Positions 1-10,393 of a DNA stretch of 64,000 nt are shown piece after piece. Each line of letters begins with the position of its first letter. Position 1 is the stretch's first letter. The notes beneath the pieces are model-generated. The model ran no database searches. It was not told where the DNA came from and saw nothing but the letters and a program-made list of their open reading frames with translations. Origin of the DNA: a bacterium (GTDB taxonomy: Bacteria > SAR324 > NAC60-12); the NCBI GenBank assembly GCA_965209155.1, contig OZ242383.1, forward strand, positions 608,001 through 672,000. The letters run 5' to 3'. The translations under genes were made by a program, and so were the position numbers.

Positions 1-206
1 AGTTCGATTCCCGTCATCTTAGGCAGGTTCCAGTCGGTGACCACCAAATCGATTTTCTCGGAAGCAAGCTTGACCATTGCCGTTGTCCCGTCATCAGCTT
101 CTATGATATTCTTGAAACCAAGCTGGTTTAATAAATTTTTCAGCAGTCGTCTCGCGGTAGAAGCATCATCGACAATCAAAATTTGCATGTCCTTGTCTGC
201 TGGCAT
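1..206 (-). CDS. cheY: CheY-like response regulator (partial, runs off the window start)
   Basis: Manual translation from ATG at 206: MPADKDMQILIVDDASTARRLLKNLLNQLGFKNIIEADDGTTAMVKLASEKIDLVVTDWNLPKMTGIE; receiver motifs ILIVDD and TDWNLPKM. Confidence 0.85.
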   Translation of the reverse strand, partial: MPADKDMQILIVDDASTARRLLKNLLNQLGFKNIIEADDGTTAMVKLASEKIDLVVTDWNLPKMTGIE

Positions 207-290
207 GAATATTTCTCCGAATCGCAGGTCATTTTCAAAGATCAGTCTTGTACTCGTACGCAGCGGCGAAAGTCCGTCCATACCCTCTAC

Positions 291-339
291 GTCATTCCCG
301 CAAAACTTGTCCCCGCGAAAGCGAGGAGCGGGAATCCAG
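291..339. repeat. REP-like nested palindrome (GTCATTCCCG...CGGGAATCCAG family)
   Basis: gtcattcccgcaaaacttgtccccgcgaaagcgaggagcgggaatccag; related copies at 23284-23350 (inverted) and 25580-25612. Confidence 0.8.
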
Positions 340-423
340 GTTTTGGTTGATTCCCTTGTTCAGTTTTAAAATAAGCGCGCTCCAATGATTTTTCAATCCA
401 TTTTCCCTTTCTGAACATCCCCT

Positions 424-2385
424 ATGATCGCATTGTCGAATCTGACCATGCAATATGGTCAAAAGATATTATTTGAAAATGTTACCATGAAGCTCGACCC
501 CGGCAAGCGCTACGGTATCGTCGGGGCGAATGGTTCCGGAAAGACGACGCTGCTGCGTCTGATTTCAGGAGAAGATCAACCTGTTGACGGGGAAATTTCA
601 TTTTCCCAGGAGACGAAAATCGGCGCATTGCGTCAAGACCATTTTCAATACGAGCCCCAACGAGTGATTGACGTCATCCTGCAGGGGAAGCCTGTTTTGT
701 GGGAAGCGCTCAATGAAAAAGAACAACTGTTACAGCCAGGAGTTTTGGAAGAAGAATCGGGTCAGCGTTTGGGAGAGTTGGAAGAAATTATCTCGCACCA
801 GAACGGTTACAATGCGGAAGGTTTTGCCGCTGAATTGTTGTCGGGATTGGGAATTGCCTCGGACTACCACTTTGATCGGATGAGCAAGCTTTCGGGAGGA
901 TTCAAGCTCCGGGTCCTGCTTGCCCAACTCTTGTTTCAGGAACCGGATGTTTTATTGCTGGATGAGCCGACGAACCATCTGGATATTGTCTCCATCGCCT
1001 GGTTGGAGAATTTTTTAAGCAATGTTTTTCCAAACACGATCCTGCTGGTCTCCCACGACCGGGATTTTCTGAATGCGGTGTGCCGGTATATTATCGACGT
1101 CGATTTCCAGACCATGGATCTTTACTCCGGAAATTACGATCAGTTCGTGAAAAACAAAGCGCTATTGATGGAGCAAAAACAAAAAGAACATCTCCGTCTG
1201 GAGAAAAAGCAAGCGGAAATGAAGTTATTCGTGGACCGTTTCCGTGCCAAAGCCACCAAAGCCCGACAAGCCCAGTCACGCCTTAAACAAATCGAACGAA
1301 TTCAGTTTCCTCCAATTAAAAAATCTTCCCGGGTGTCTCCCCAATTGCGGTTCACGCCAAAACGTCATTCTGGCAAGGAAGTGCTGCATCTGCGGGGAAT
1401 ATCCAAATCATATGATACTCATCGTGTTTTGCGCGATGTGAATTTCACAGCGATGCGTGGAGATAAAATTGCTGTCATTGGACAAAATGGAATAGGTAAA
1501 TCCACTTTGTTGAAAATCATAGTCGCTGAACTGGAAGCCGACGTTGGAACATGCGTCTGGGGATACGAAACCCATTGCTCTTATTTTGCGCAAGACCAAA
1601 GCGCAATCGTTGCGGGTCTCCGGTCTGCGGAAACGAAAAGCGTCTTTGAATGGCTCTATCAATTCGCTCCACAAGAAAGCATCGGGACGATACGAGGATT
1701 GCTGGCGAGGGTCTTGTTTTCCGGAGATGACGTTTATAAGGAGTTGGAAGCTCTCAGCGGAGGGGAAACAACACGCTTGATCTTCGCCAAAATGATGCTG
1801 GAACAAGGCAACGTCCTGGTCTTGGATGAACCTACCAATCACCTGGACCTTCATGGAGTGGAAGCGCTGGAATCCGCTTTGCGCGCATTTGAAGGGACAT
1901 TGTTGTTCGTAACGCATGACCGGCGTTTCGTCGCCAATGTGGCAACCCGGATTTTGGCGCTGACAACAGGGGGAGTACGAAATTTTGATGGCACGTACGC
2001 GGAGTACGTGAGTTATTATGACATCGATTACCTGGACCGCATTGCGGTTAACATCCGAGCGAAAAAAAAGCAAAAAAATTCAGGGGCATCTGCAAAAGCA
2101 GATACTGCAGCCGAGCGCCGGGAGTTGAAGAGATTGGTGAACCAAATCTCGAAGAAAAATATACAACTGGAAAAATCCATCGTATTGCAAGAAAATGAGA
2201 TTGCTGCAATTGATGCGCAATTCAGCGGCGCTGAATTCTATAAAAATACCACGCCAGAACAGATAAAGGCATTGCAGCAACGTAAAGAAGAGCTATCGGT
2301 CCAGCTTTCGGCAGATTTCCAAATGTGGGAAAAATTGCTCGGCGAACTCGAATCAATGCAAGCTCGCTTGATGGAAGCAGGTTAG
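424..2385 (+). CDS. ABC-F family ribosome-associated ATPase (YbiT/YheS-like)
   Basis: Two ABC cassettes (GANGSGKT, LSGG, LLLDEPTNHLD; GQNGIGKST, LSGGE, LVLDEPTNHLD), linker and C-terminal coiled coil, no TM segments. Confidence 0.92.
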   Translation: MIALSNLTMQYGQKILFENVTMKLDPGKRYGIVGANGSGKTTLLRLISGEDQPVDGEISFSQETKIGALRQDHFQYEPQRVIDVILQGKPVLWEALNEKEQLLQPGVLEEESGQRLGELEEIISHQNGYNAEGFAAELLSGLGIASDYHFDRMSKLSGGFKLRVLLAQLLFQEPDVLLLDEPTNHLDIVSIAWLENFLSNVFPNTILLVSHDRDFLNAVCRYIIDVDFQTMDLYSGNYDQFVKNKALLMEQKQKEHLRLEKKQAEMKLFVDRFRAKATKARQAQSRLKQIERIQFPPIKKSSRVSPQLRFTPKRHSGKEVLHLRGISKSYDTHRVLRDVNFTAMRGDKIAVIGQNGIGKSTLLKIIVAELEADVGTCVWGYETHCSYFAQDQSAIVAGLRSAETKSVFEWLYQFAPQESIGTIRGLLARVLFSGDDVYKELEALSGGETTRLIFAKMMLEQGNVLVLDEPTNHLDLHGVEALESALRAFEGTLLFVTHDRRFVANVATRILALTTGGVRNFDGTYAEYVSYYDIDYLDRIAVNIRAKKKQKNSGASAKADTAAERRELKRLVNQISKKNIQLEKSIVLQENEIAAIDAQFSGAEFYKNTTPEQIKALQQRKEELSVQLSADFQMWEKLLGELESMQARLMEAG

Positions 2386-2388
2386 GTT

Positions 2389-4155
2389 ATGCCACGTATC
2401 GTCTTACTCACAATCCCTCTTTTGCTGGCAGGACTGCTATGTGGGAGCATGGCCCACGGGGTCGAATTTATCGCGACTGTTGATAAAACCCATGGGTCCA
2501 TCGAGGACTTTTTCAGACTCACGCTCAGTATCAAAAACGTCAGCAACGTCAGCCGTCCCCAATTTCCTTCCTCTGAAGATTTCCGGGTTCAATACCAGGG
2601 GCAGTCTTCTCAAACCCAATGGATCAATGGCAAAACAAGCTCCCGGGTCGATTTCAAATATAACTTGATTCCTCTCAAGACCGGTCCATTGACCATCCCC
2701 GTCGTCTCTATCAACATACAAGGCCGGGAATACCGCACCGACCCCATTCACCTGAACATTTCCGAAGTATCTGAAACTCCCATTGAGCAGAAACTGGCAT
2801 TTGTTAAACATTTCCTTTCCCTCTCCCAAGCCTATCCGGGGCAGCAACTGCATTACACTTTCGAGTTGTACATCCGGCAGGGGCTTCAAGTCAGAAACCT
2901 GAATTTTTCACGTCCGGAATTCAGTGATTTCCTGGTGAAAGACTCCGTCCAAAAAGATTCGGTGATTAAAAATATCGAAGGGGTGCTTTTTGAAATTTAT
3001 ACAGTGCAACTGATCCTCTTTCCACAAAAGACAGGAAAGCTCACCATCCTTCCCGCCTCCTTGGAAGGACAACAACTGGCTGGAAAGTCGCAGAGGGGTT
3101 CGGCCTTAAAAAGTCTTCGCGATTCGTTTTTTGGTGAAGAACTCCAGCCTTTTCAACTGCGAACGAAACCATTGACGCTTGAGGTAATGCCAATTCCCTC
3201 TGACAACCAGCCCCTGGGTTTTTATGGATTGGTAGGAGAATTCAACCTGCAAGCCGAACTTTCGCAGTCTGAAATCAAAGTGGGAGAATCAGCAACCTTA
3301 ACGATCACTATCAGCGGAACCGGCCTGCCGGAAACGATTCAAAAGCCTGTTTTGATCCTGGAGGAGAGTCTGAAGATATATGAAGATCAGCCTCTGTTTG
3401 AAAGTGATCTGGAAGGGGATCAACAAATTGGAAAAGCCATTTTCGCAATGGCCATCGTTCCTTCCAAACCGGGAACCATTGCTTTTCCTCCTCTTTCAAT
3501 TTCTTTTTTCAATCCCGAAACCCGTTTATTTGAAACTGCCGATGTGCAGCTTGCTCCCATCTCCGTGGTCCCTGGAGAGGAACAAGAACTGAATGCCGCA
3601 GGAGGGACGCACCCGCCCCGAAAACACTTTGTGAAACGTTTGGGAGACGACCTCCTCCCGATCCACCAGGATATGGCGGCGTTGCAAAACAGTGGATGGG
3701 GGATGGCAGGATTGATATTTTATGGCTGCCTGTTCCTCCTGGGACCTTTGGGATTTGCAGGCGGGTGGCTTTGCAAATGGAAGATTGAACATTCGGCGGC
3801 GAATCACCACAAAATTCGCAGTCAGCAGGCATTTCCCACATTTCAGAAAACCATCGAGCAGCTTTATAAAAAGATGCCAGACAATCAGATATTCGCCGAA
3901 TCCTTGATGTTGGCATTGAAGAATTATGTAGGAGACAAGACCGGCAAAAACGGAGAAGCGCTGACCTCTCGCGAAATCAGTACGTGGTTGTCGTCAACGG
4001 AAACAGATGCGGACCTGGTCGAGCAATGGAACAATTTGTTGGAGCGTTGTGAAATGACCCAATATGCGGCAAACTCCCTAGCTGGAGTGGGGATAGAAAA
4101 AATTTACCGGACCAGCCGGGAAATCGTACAGCGTTTGGAGACACAGTTGAAATGA
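2389..4155 (+). CDS. batD: BatD family protein
   Basis: Signal peptide, repeated beta-rich domains (SSQTQWINGK, F.GLVGEFNLQAELS), C-terminal TM helix; followed by a BatE-like gene. Confidence 0.8.
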   Translation: MPRIVLLTIPLLLAGLLCGSMAHGVEFIATVDKTHGSIEDFFRLTLSIKNVSNVSRPQFPSSEDFRVQYQGQSSQTQWINGKTSSRVDFKYNLIPLKTGPLTIPVVSINIQGREYRTDPIHLNISEVSETPIEQKLAFVKHFLSLSQAYPGQQLHYTFELYIRQGLQVRNLNFSRPEFSDFLVKDSVQKDSVIKNIEGVLFEIYTVQLILFPQKTGKLTILPASLEGQQLAGKSQRGSALKSLRDSFFGEELQPFQLRTKPLTLEVMPIPSDNQPLGFYGLVGEFNLQAELSQSEIKVGESATLTITISGTGLPETIQKPVLILEESLKIYEDQPLFESDLEGDQQIGKAIFAMAIVPSKPGTIAFPPLSISFFNPETRLFETADVQLAPISVVPGEEQELNAAGGTHPPRKHFVKRLGDDLLPIHQDMAALQNSGWGMAGLIFYGCLFLLGPLGFAGGWLCKWKIEHSAANHHKIRSQQAFPTFQKTIEQLYKKMPDNQIFAESLMLALKNYVGDKTGKNGEALTSREISTWLSSTETDADLVEQWNNLLERCEMTQYAANSLAGVGIEKIYRTSREIVQRLETQLK

Positions 4156-4985
4156 ACGTATCCTATCTTTGGTCCCGCCAGCCCTTTTTAATCCTCAGTA
4201 ACCTTCCCTGGATCAGAATTTTAACCACACTCGGTATTATTGGAACATTTTTCATCGTATCCGGTTTTCTGGAAAGAAATCAGGCTCAAGAGCAGCAAAG
4301 TATTTCCCATTGGCTTGCTGCCAACCAGGCATATGAAGAACAACGTTTTTTACTGGCAGCAAGCCACTATGAAACCCTGATTGCGCAAGGTCATGTCAAT
4401 GGCCATCTATACTACAACCTGGGCAATACCTATTTCCATTTGAATGATCTTGGAAAAGCCATTGGTTACTATTTGAAGGCCCTGCATTTTTTACCGCGTC
4501 ATGAAGACCTGATAGCAAACCTGAATTATGCACGCCAGCAAACAATCGATCGTCGCGAAAACCCCAAACTGTCCTGGAGGGAGGTACTCCGGGAATGGAG
4601 TAGTCCTTTGACCCTGCAAGAGTGGACCTTGATGTTGGTGTCGGCAAACGGAATCTTTTGGATAGGTGCGCTCCTTCGCCTTTTTTACCGGCGGGAAGTC
4701 ATTTCCTGGCTGATCTTTCTTTCTGGAGGATTGACTTTATTTTTACTCGCAGGGCTTTTTATCAAGTGGTGGGCACCGCTTCCCGTCGGAACGATTTTAC
4801 CCGAGACCAGCGCGGTTTATTCCGCCCCCCATTCACAATCCACAGTGCTTTTTCAGCTTCACGGAGGCACTGAAGTGATCATTGAAGAGGAAATGGAACA
4901 ATGGGTTAAAATTGAATTTGAACCAACTCAAAAAGGCTGGATTGAACAATCACGACTTTTCCTGGTCCATCCTGCCGGATTCTGA
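4152..4985 (+). CDS. batE: BatE-like TPR plus SH3 membrane protein
   Basis: TPR (LYYNLGNTYFHLNDLGKAIGYYLKAL), two TM helices, C-terminal SH3b (LFQLHGGTEV..WVKI..KGWI); ATGA overlap with batD. Confidence 0.75.
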   Translation: MNVSYLWSRQPFLILSNLPWIRILTTLGIIGTFFIVSGFLERNQAQEQQSISHWLAANQAYEEQRFLLAASHYETLIAQGHVNGHLYYNLGNTYFHLNDLGKAIGYYLKALHFLPRHEDLIANLNYARQQTIDRRENPKLSWREVLREWSSPLTLQEWTLMLVSANGIFWIGALLRLFYRREVISWLIFLSGGLTLFLLAGLFIKWWAPLPVGTILPETSAVYSAPHSQSTVLFQLHGGTEVIIEEEMEQWVKIEFEPTQKGWIEQSRLFLVHPAGF

Positions 4986-5042
4986 TTCAACGGTGCGCTT
5001 CAGGCGTTGAATTCACTCGAACGAGTTCAGAAAAATTCATAG

Positions 5043-5198
5043 TCCGAATTCGAGATAAGCATTTAATAAATGAGGGGTAGCGCAGTTTTTTCGCTTATGT
5101 CATTCCTGGCATGAGCAGGAATCCAGTGTATTGCCAATGTCATTCCTGGCATGAGCAGAAATCTAAGAGAGTGTCATTCCCGCGGAAGCAGGAACCCA
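5043..5198 (+). repeat. Degenerate MITE left end plus three tandem REP palindromes
   Basis: tccgaattcgagataagcatttaataaat, then gtcattcctggcatgagcaggaatccag twice and gtcattcccgcggaagcaggaacccag. Confidence 0.75.
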
Positions 5199-5210
5199 GA
5201 GTTATGCAGA

Positions 5211-5642
5211 CTATCTTTTTTTCTTGCCCTCCCAGTGAAATCGTTTCGCTTCTGGTCTCGGAGACGGGGAATATGAGAGACCAGACTGTTGCATCGCATT
5301 TTTAGCCCGGCGTCCCACTGCTTGGTATTGTTGGTATAAACTTACCACCTGTTTATAATGACGGGCTCGCAAATTGATGATTTGTGACATCTGGTCGACT
5401 GGCGTAAAAAGGAAGCGAACGTCATGGGGCCCATGCTCAAAAATGAACCGGTTGAATACCGTTTTTTGAAATTCGTCCCTTTCCATTTCATCCAACACCT
5501 CCGGAAATTCGTCCATCATTTCTTCGAAAGTGCACGCTTGCAAACCATAAACGAGATATTTCATCAGTCCGATTTCCATCCGATACTGTTTGCAACAGTG
5601 CAGGCAAATGAACGATGAAATGATATGGACTTTAGCCGACAT
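5211..5642 (-). CDS. Hypothetical protein (N-terminal CLHCC motif)
   Basis: 143-aa ORF with globular composition, divergent from rpoB; family not recognised. Confidence 0.5.
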   Translation of the reverse strand: MSAKVHIISSFICLHCCKQYRMEIGLMKYLVYGLQACTFEEMMDEFPEVLDEMERDEFQKTVFNRFIFEHGPHDVRFLFTPVDQMSQIINLRARHYKQVVSLYQQYQAVGRRAKNAMQQSGLSYSPSPRPEAKRFHWEGKKKR

Positions 5643-5820
5643 GTTTTTGTTTCAAGGACTTATGCAATTAATTCTTTTTTCTTTCCAGTATAAAATACGA
5701 TTGCCAAGTCTTCTATTGGTTATGACGCGAAATGACAAGCAATTCTTTGATACGCAGCAGTTTTTAATTTATTTCAACTCAACTTATTTCCTTCCATTTG
5801 AAAAAAACTTATAAATTTGC

Positions 5821-5849
5821 TTGCATCTTTGTTGATTCTGCGTTAATAT
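5821..5849 (+). promoter_or_regulatory. Putative sigma70 promoter for rpoBC
   Basis: TTGCAT-17 bp-TAATAT after an AT-rich upstream tract. Confidence 0.45.
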
Positions 5850-6146
5850 AAAAGTCTTTTCTCGAAACTGTCATTCCATGATGAATCGTGAATTCCACTT
5901 CATCCGATACTCCCTCCTTTTTACAATTCTTGAGACGAGGATATATTTCTGTGCGACGCCAAAGAGGTTTTCTGAATTTTCAGCAACGATTTAAATTGTC
6001 GAGCACTTCGAAGCATAGAAGTTTATCGAAGATTTGGGTTTTCAAATATAGATTCAGGTGAAACAAGACCGAATTGCGTTCGTTTCGTTGAGAGGCGATA
6101 TCAACGTGACTCACTGATCGCGTAATCATTTAGCAAAAGAAGCATT

Positions 6147-9100
6147 ATGTCAACCAACTTAAGCAATCGTCATCGCATCAGGCGTTCTTTTGGCCGTATC
6201 GAAGCACCAATTGAAGTACCTAATTTACTGAAAATCCAACTGGATTCCTATGAACGATTTCTCCAAAAAAACACGCCCCCGGATCAACGCGAGGAAGAAG
6301 GACTGGAAGCTGTTTTTTGTTCGGTATTTCCCATTTCCGATTTCAGTGATTCTTCGACCCTGGAATATGTCCATTACCGTCTGGGTGAGCCCAAATATTC
6401 AGTCGAAGAATGCCGGATTCGAAGCGTCACTTATGCTGCGCCACTGCGTGCGGCGTTGCGCTTGATCGTGTGGGAAAAGGACAACGTATCGGAAGCCAAG
6501 CACATTCATGACATCAAGGAACAGGACATCTACCTGGGGGAAATTCCCCTGATGACCCCCACGGGTTCGTTTATCATCAACGGGACGGAACGAGTGATCG
6601 TCAGTCAAATGCACAAGAGTCCCGGACTTTTTTTCTCCATAGACAATACGAAAGTCAACACGGGAGGCAAAAATTTTTATTCAGCCCGCATTATTCCACA
6701 ACGGGGTTCCTGGCTTGATTTCGAATTCGACACCAAAGACATCCTCCATGCGCGAATCGACCGTCGTCGCAAATTTCCCGCTACCATTCTCTTACGAGCT
6801 TTGGGTTACACGACGGAACAAGTCCTGGAATCCTTTTACCAGTTTGAAAAAATCGATTTGCGAAAATCTCATGATATCCCGGATCGACGGCAACAAGAGT
6901 TTTTTAAATATGTCGATCCTCGGGTGACGGTCAATCAACGAGCCGCTCATGAAGTCATCGATCCTCAAAATGGAGAAGTGCTGGTCAAGGTTGGACGGAA
7001 ATTCACCGAAAAGTTGGTGCAGCGCATGAAAAAAGAGGGAATCGAGCAAATCCGGACCACCCGGGAAGACGTGCTGTACAAATACGCAGGCCGGGATGTT
7101 TATGGTCAGGAAGGAGAACTCCTGCTGGCCTGCAACAGCTTGATCGATGATGCGACACTCGATCGATTGATTGCTCACAAAATTGATACAGTCGAAGTGT
7201 TGCACATTGGCGCCAAGACCATCAGCACTTGCTTGAGGGACACGCTCTCTACCGATAATATCCCTTCTTCGGATTCCGCATTGATCGAATTGTATAAGAA
7301 ACTGAAACCGGGCGATCCCCCCACTTTAGACGCTGCCACTGCCTTATTGCACAATTTCTTTTTCAATCCGGGACGTTATAACCTGTCTAAAGTAGGACGT
7401 TTGAAACTCAACAAGAAGTTGGGACTGGAATACGACCTCGATCAATCCATCCTCACTCGTGAGGATATTTTTGGCGCAGTCCGTTACCTCTTGATGCTCA
7501 AAGAGGGGCAAGGCACGATTGACGACATCGACCATCTCGGCAATCGTCGCATCCGCAGCGTGGGTGAATTGTTGGAAAATCAATTCCGCATCGGATTGGT
7601 GCACATGGAGCGGGCCATTAAAGAAAGAATGAGCCTGCAAGATACGGAAACCATGATGCTTCATGATATCGTCAACGCCAAACCGGTTGCCGCAGCCATC
7701 CATGAATTTTTCAGCAGCAGTCAACTCTCTCAATTCATGGACCAGACCAATCCTCTTTCTGAAATCACGCATAAACGTCGCTTGAGCGCCTTGGGACCGG
7801 GCGGTCTCACTCGAGATCGAGCCGGGTTCGACGTGCGCGACGTGCACTCGTCCCATTACGGGCGCATTTGTCCCATTGAAACTCCCGAGGGTCCCAATAT
7901 CGGATTGATCGCGTCCTTGGCCACGCACGGGCACATCAACGCTTTCGGTTTCATCGAAACTCCCTATCGCCTGGTCCAAGAGGGGAAGGTCACCAATGAA
8001 GTGAAGTTTCTTTCCGCCATTGAAGAAGATTCGGTCAATATCGCGCAAGCCAATGCCAGCTTGAATGAAAAAGATGAATTTGATGCGGAATTTGTTCCAA
8101 TCCGCAAAGGAGGAGAATATGGCATGGTTCCCCGAAAGGACGTCGACTTCATTGACGTGGCTCCCTGCCAACTGGTTTCGGTGGCGGCCTCCCTGATTCC
8201 CTTTTTGGAGCATGATGATGCCAATCGCGCCTTGATGGGTTCCAATATGCAACGGCAAGGGGTTCCCCTCATTCGTTCCGAAGCGCCATTGGTCGGTACG
8301 GGAGTCGAGTATCAAGCCGCGTTGGACTCCGGGGCATGCGTGGTGGCGAAACGCTCCGGAATGGTCGACAGCGTGGATGCCGGCAGGATTGTGATTCAAG
8401 CCGATGTGGATCTTTCCAAAGAAGGTTCGGTGGTACCGGCCAACGTCGATATTTACCATTTGACCACATATCGGCGATCCAACCAGAATACTTGTATCAA
8501 CCAACGTCCCCTGGTGGATAAGGGAGATCGGGTTCATGCCGGAGATATTATAGCCGATGGCTCCAGTTGCGACAGCGGGGAATTGGCGCTCGGGCAAAAT
8601 ATCCTGATCGCCTTCATGCCCTGGAATGGTTACAATTTCGAGGATTCTATTCTTGTTTCAGAACGATTGTTGCATAAAGACCGCTTCACTTCCGTCCATA
8701 TCGATATATTTGACATGGTGGCTCGAGATATGAAGCTCGGTAAGGAAGAAATCACCCGCGATATACCCAATGTCGGGGAGGAAGCGCTGAAACAGCTGGA
8801 CGAAAGTGGCATTGTCCGCGTGGGAACCTACGTCAAACCTGGAGATATTCTCGTCGGGAAGGTCACCCCCAAAGGCGAGAGTCAACTCAATCCGGAAGAA
8901 AAATTGCTGCGCGCTATTTTTGGTGAAAAAGCGGGAGACGTGCGTGATACCTCGTTACGAGTCAATCAAGCAGTGGAAGGCGTAGTGATCGACGTCGTGG
9001 TTTTCAACCGGGGAGGGGTCGAACGAGACCAACGCACTATTGAAATCGAACAGGGTTTGCTGGATTCTTACCAAAAGGACCATGAAGATGAATTGAGAAT

Positions 9101-10325
9101 TGTAAGACGCAATTTACTCAAAATGGCGCTTCCCCTGATCCAGAACAAAAAACTGGTGAGAAAAATCTCCTCCTCGAAAGATGAAGTCTTCCTCGCTGCC
9201 GGCACCCTGCTCACTGCAGAGAATTTGGGAAGCATTCCATTGAAGAGTTGGGAGAAGATCAAAACGGAGGACCCGGAGGCCAACCACCAGCTTGAAATCC
9301 TGGTGGGCAATGCGCTTTCTCAAATGTATTTATTGGAAAACATCTACCAGGACAAATGTGAAAAAGTTTCCAAAGGTGACGAATTGCCTCCTGGAGTGAT
9401 CCGGATGGTTAAAGTTTACCTGGCCACCAAACGAAAGTTGGCGGTGGGAGACAAAATGGCAGGACGCCATGGCAATAAAGGGATCGTCTCAAAAATCCAA
9501 CCCGTGGAAAACATGCCCTACATGGAAGATGGAACTCCAATCGATATTGTTTTGAATCCCCTCGGCGTCCCCTCCCGTATGAATGTGGGTCAGGTTCTGG
9601 AAACCCACTTGGGTTGGGCGGCACGCAAATTGGGAAAACAGGTGCAGAAATTCGTGGAGGAAAACCATCCTGTTGCTAAACTGAGAAGATTATTCAAACA
9701 AATTTATAATGTTCCGGAAGTGACCCGGTACCTCAACCATCTCGATGATGCGGAATTCCTCAAGTTCGCCCGAAAATGTCAACGAGGCGTGCATATGGCG
9801 ACTCCCGTGTTTGATGGCGCGACGGAAGACGATATTCAGACCATGATGCAATTGGCGGAACTGCCCGATTCCGGACAAATCTGGCTCTATGACGGTCTGA
9901 CCGGGGAGCGATTCAGTCAAAAGGTCACAGTCGGTTACGCTTATATGCTCAAACTGCACCACCTGGTCGATGAAAAAATCCATGCCCGCTCCATTGGACC
10001 CTATTCTCTGGTAACGCAGCAACCTCTTGGGGGAAAAGCCCAGTTTGGCGGACAGCGTTTCGGAGAAATGGAAGTCTGGGCGCTGGAAGCCTATGGAGCG
10101 GCCTACACGCTGCAGGAACTGCTCACTGTCAAATCCGACGACGTCCAGGGACGAAACCGGATGTATGAGACGATTGTGAAGGGGGTCCAGCACCTGGACA
10201 CCGGAATTCCTGAATCCTTCAAGGTCCTGATCAGTGAATTGAAAAGTTTGTGCCTCAATATCGAGTTGTTACAAAACGTCGAAAACCTGCCTCCTGAAAA
10301 TGAATTGGAGGAGGAAATCCTTTGA
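6147..10325 (+). CDS. rpoB: RNA polymerase beta subunit
   Basis: [33 protein letters not shown] and [17 protein letters not shown] motifs. Confidence 0.99.
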   Translation: MSTNLSNRHRIRRSFGRIEAPIEVPNLLKIQLDSYERFLQKNTPPDQREEEGLEAVFCSVFPISDFSDSSTLEYVHYRLGEPKYSVEECRIRSVTYAAPLRAALRLIVWEKDNVSEAKHIHDIKEQDIYLGEIPLMTPTGSFIINGTERVIVSQMHKSPGLFFSIDNTKVNTGGKNFYSARIIPQRGSWLDFEFDTKDILHARIDRRRKFPATILLRALGYTTEQVLESFYQFEKIDLRKSHDIPDRRQQEFFKYVDPRVTVNQRAAHEVIDPQNGEVLVKVGRKFTEKLVQRMKKEGIEQIRTTREDVLYKYAGRDVYGQEGELLLACNSLIDDATLDRLIAHKIDTVEVLHIGAKTISTCLRDTLSTDNIPSSDSALIELYKKLKPGDPPTLDAATALLHNFFFNPGRYNLSKVGRLKLNKKLGLEYDLDQSILTREDIFGAVRYLLMLKEGQGTIDDIDHLGNRRIRSVGELLENQFRIGLVHMERAIKERMSLQDTETMMLHDIVNAKPVAAAIHEFFSSSQLSQFMDQTNPLSEITHKRRLSALGPGGLTRDRAGFDVRDVHSSHYGRICPIETPEGPNIGLIASLATHGHINAFGFIETPYRLVQEGKVTNEVKFLSAIEEDSVNIAQANASLNEKDEFDAEFVPIRKGGEYGMVPRKDVDFIDVAPCQLVSVAASLIPFLEHDDANRALMGSNMQRQGVPLIRSEAPLVGTGVEYQAALDSGACVVAKRSGMVDSVDAGRIVIQADVDLSKEGSVVPANVDIYHLTTYRRSNQNTCINQRPLVDKGDRVHAGDIIADGSSCDSGELALGQNILIAFMPWNGYNFEDSILVSERLLHKDRFTSVHIDIFDMVARDMKLGKEEITRDIPNVGEEALKQLDESGIVRVGTYVKPGDILVGKVTPKGESQLNPEEKLLRAIFGEKAGDVRDTSLRVNQAVEGVVIDVVVFNRGGVERDQRTIEIEQGLLDSYQKDHEDELRIVRRNLLKMALPLIQNKKLVRKISSSKDEVFLAAGTLLTAENLGSIPLKSWEKIKTEDPEANHQLEILVGNALSQMYLLENIYQDKCEKVSKGDELPPGVIRMVKVYLATKRKLAVGDKMAGRHGNKGIVSKIQPVENMPYMEDGTPIDIVLNPLGVPSRMNVGQVLETHLGWAARKLGKQVQKFVEENHPVAKLRRLFKQIYNVPEVTRYLNHLDDAEFLKFARKCQRGVHMATPVFDGATEDDIQTMMQLAELPDSGQIWLYDGLTGERFSQKVTVGYAYMLKLHHLVDEKIHARSIGPYSLVTQQPLGGKAQFGGQRFGEMEVWALEAYGAAYTLQELLTVKSDDVQGRNRMYETIVKGVQHLDTGIPESFKVLISELKSLCLNIELLQNVENLPPENELEEEIL

Positions 10326-10393
10326 AAAGCGCATGTTGTGATGGAAACCCTCTCTTCTCTCGAATGAGAGTCACCCTTTAGCAGGAGAAAATC

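Noticed and set aside
37..369. 110-aa plus-strand ORF
   Set aside because: Antisense to the cheY-like gene and runs through a REP
7705..7810. Rifampicin-resistance substitutions in RpoB cluster I
   Set aside because: The key Q, D, H, R and S positions look wild-type
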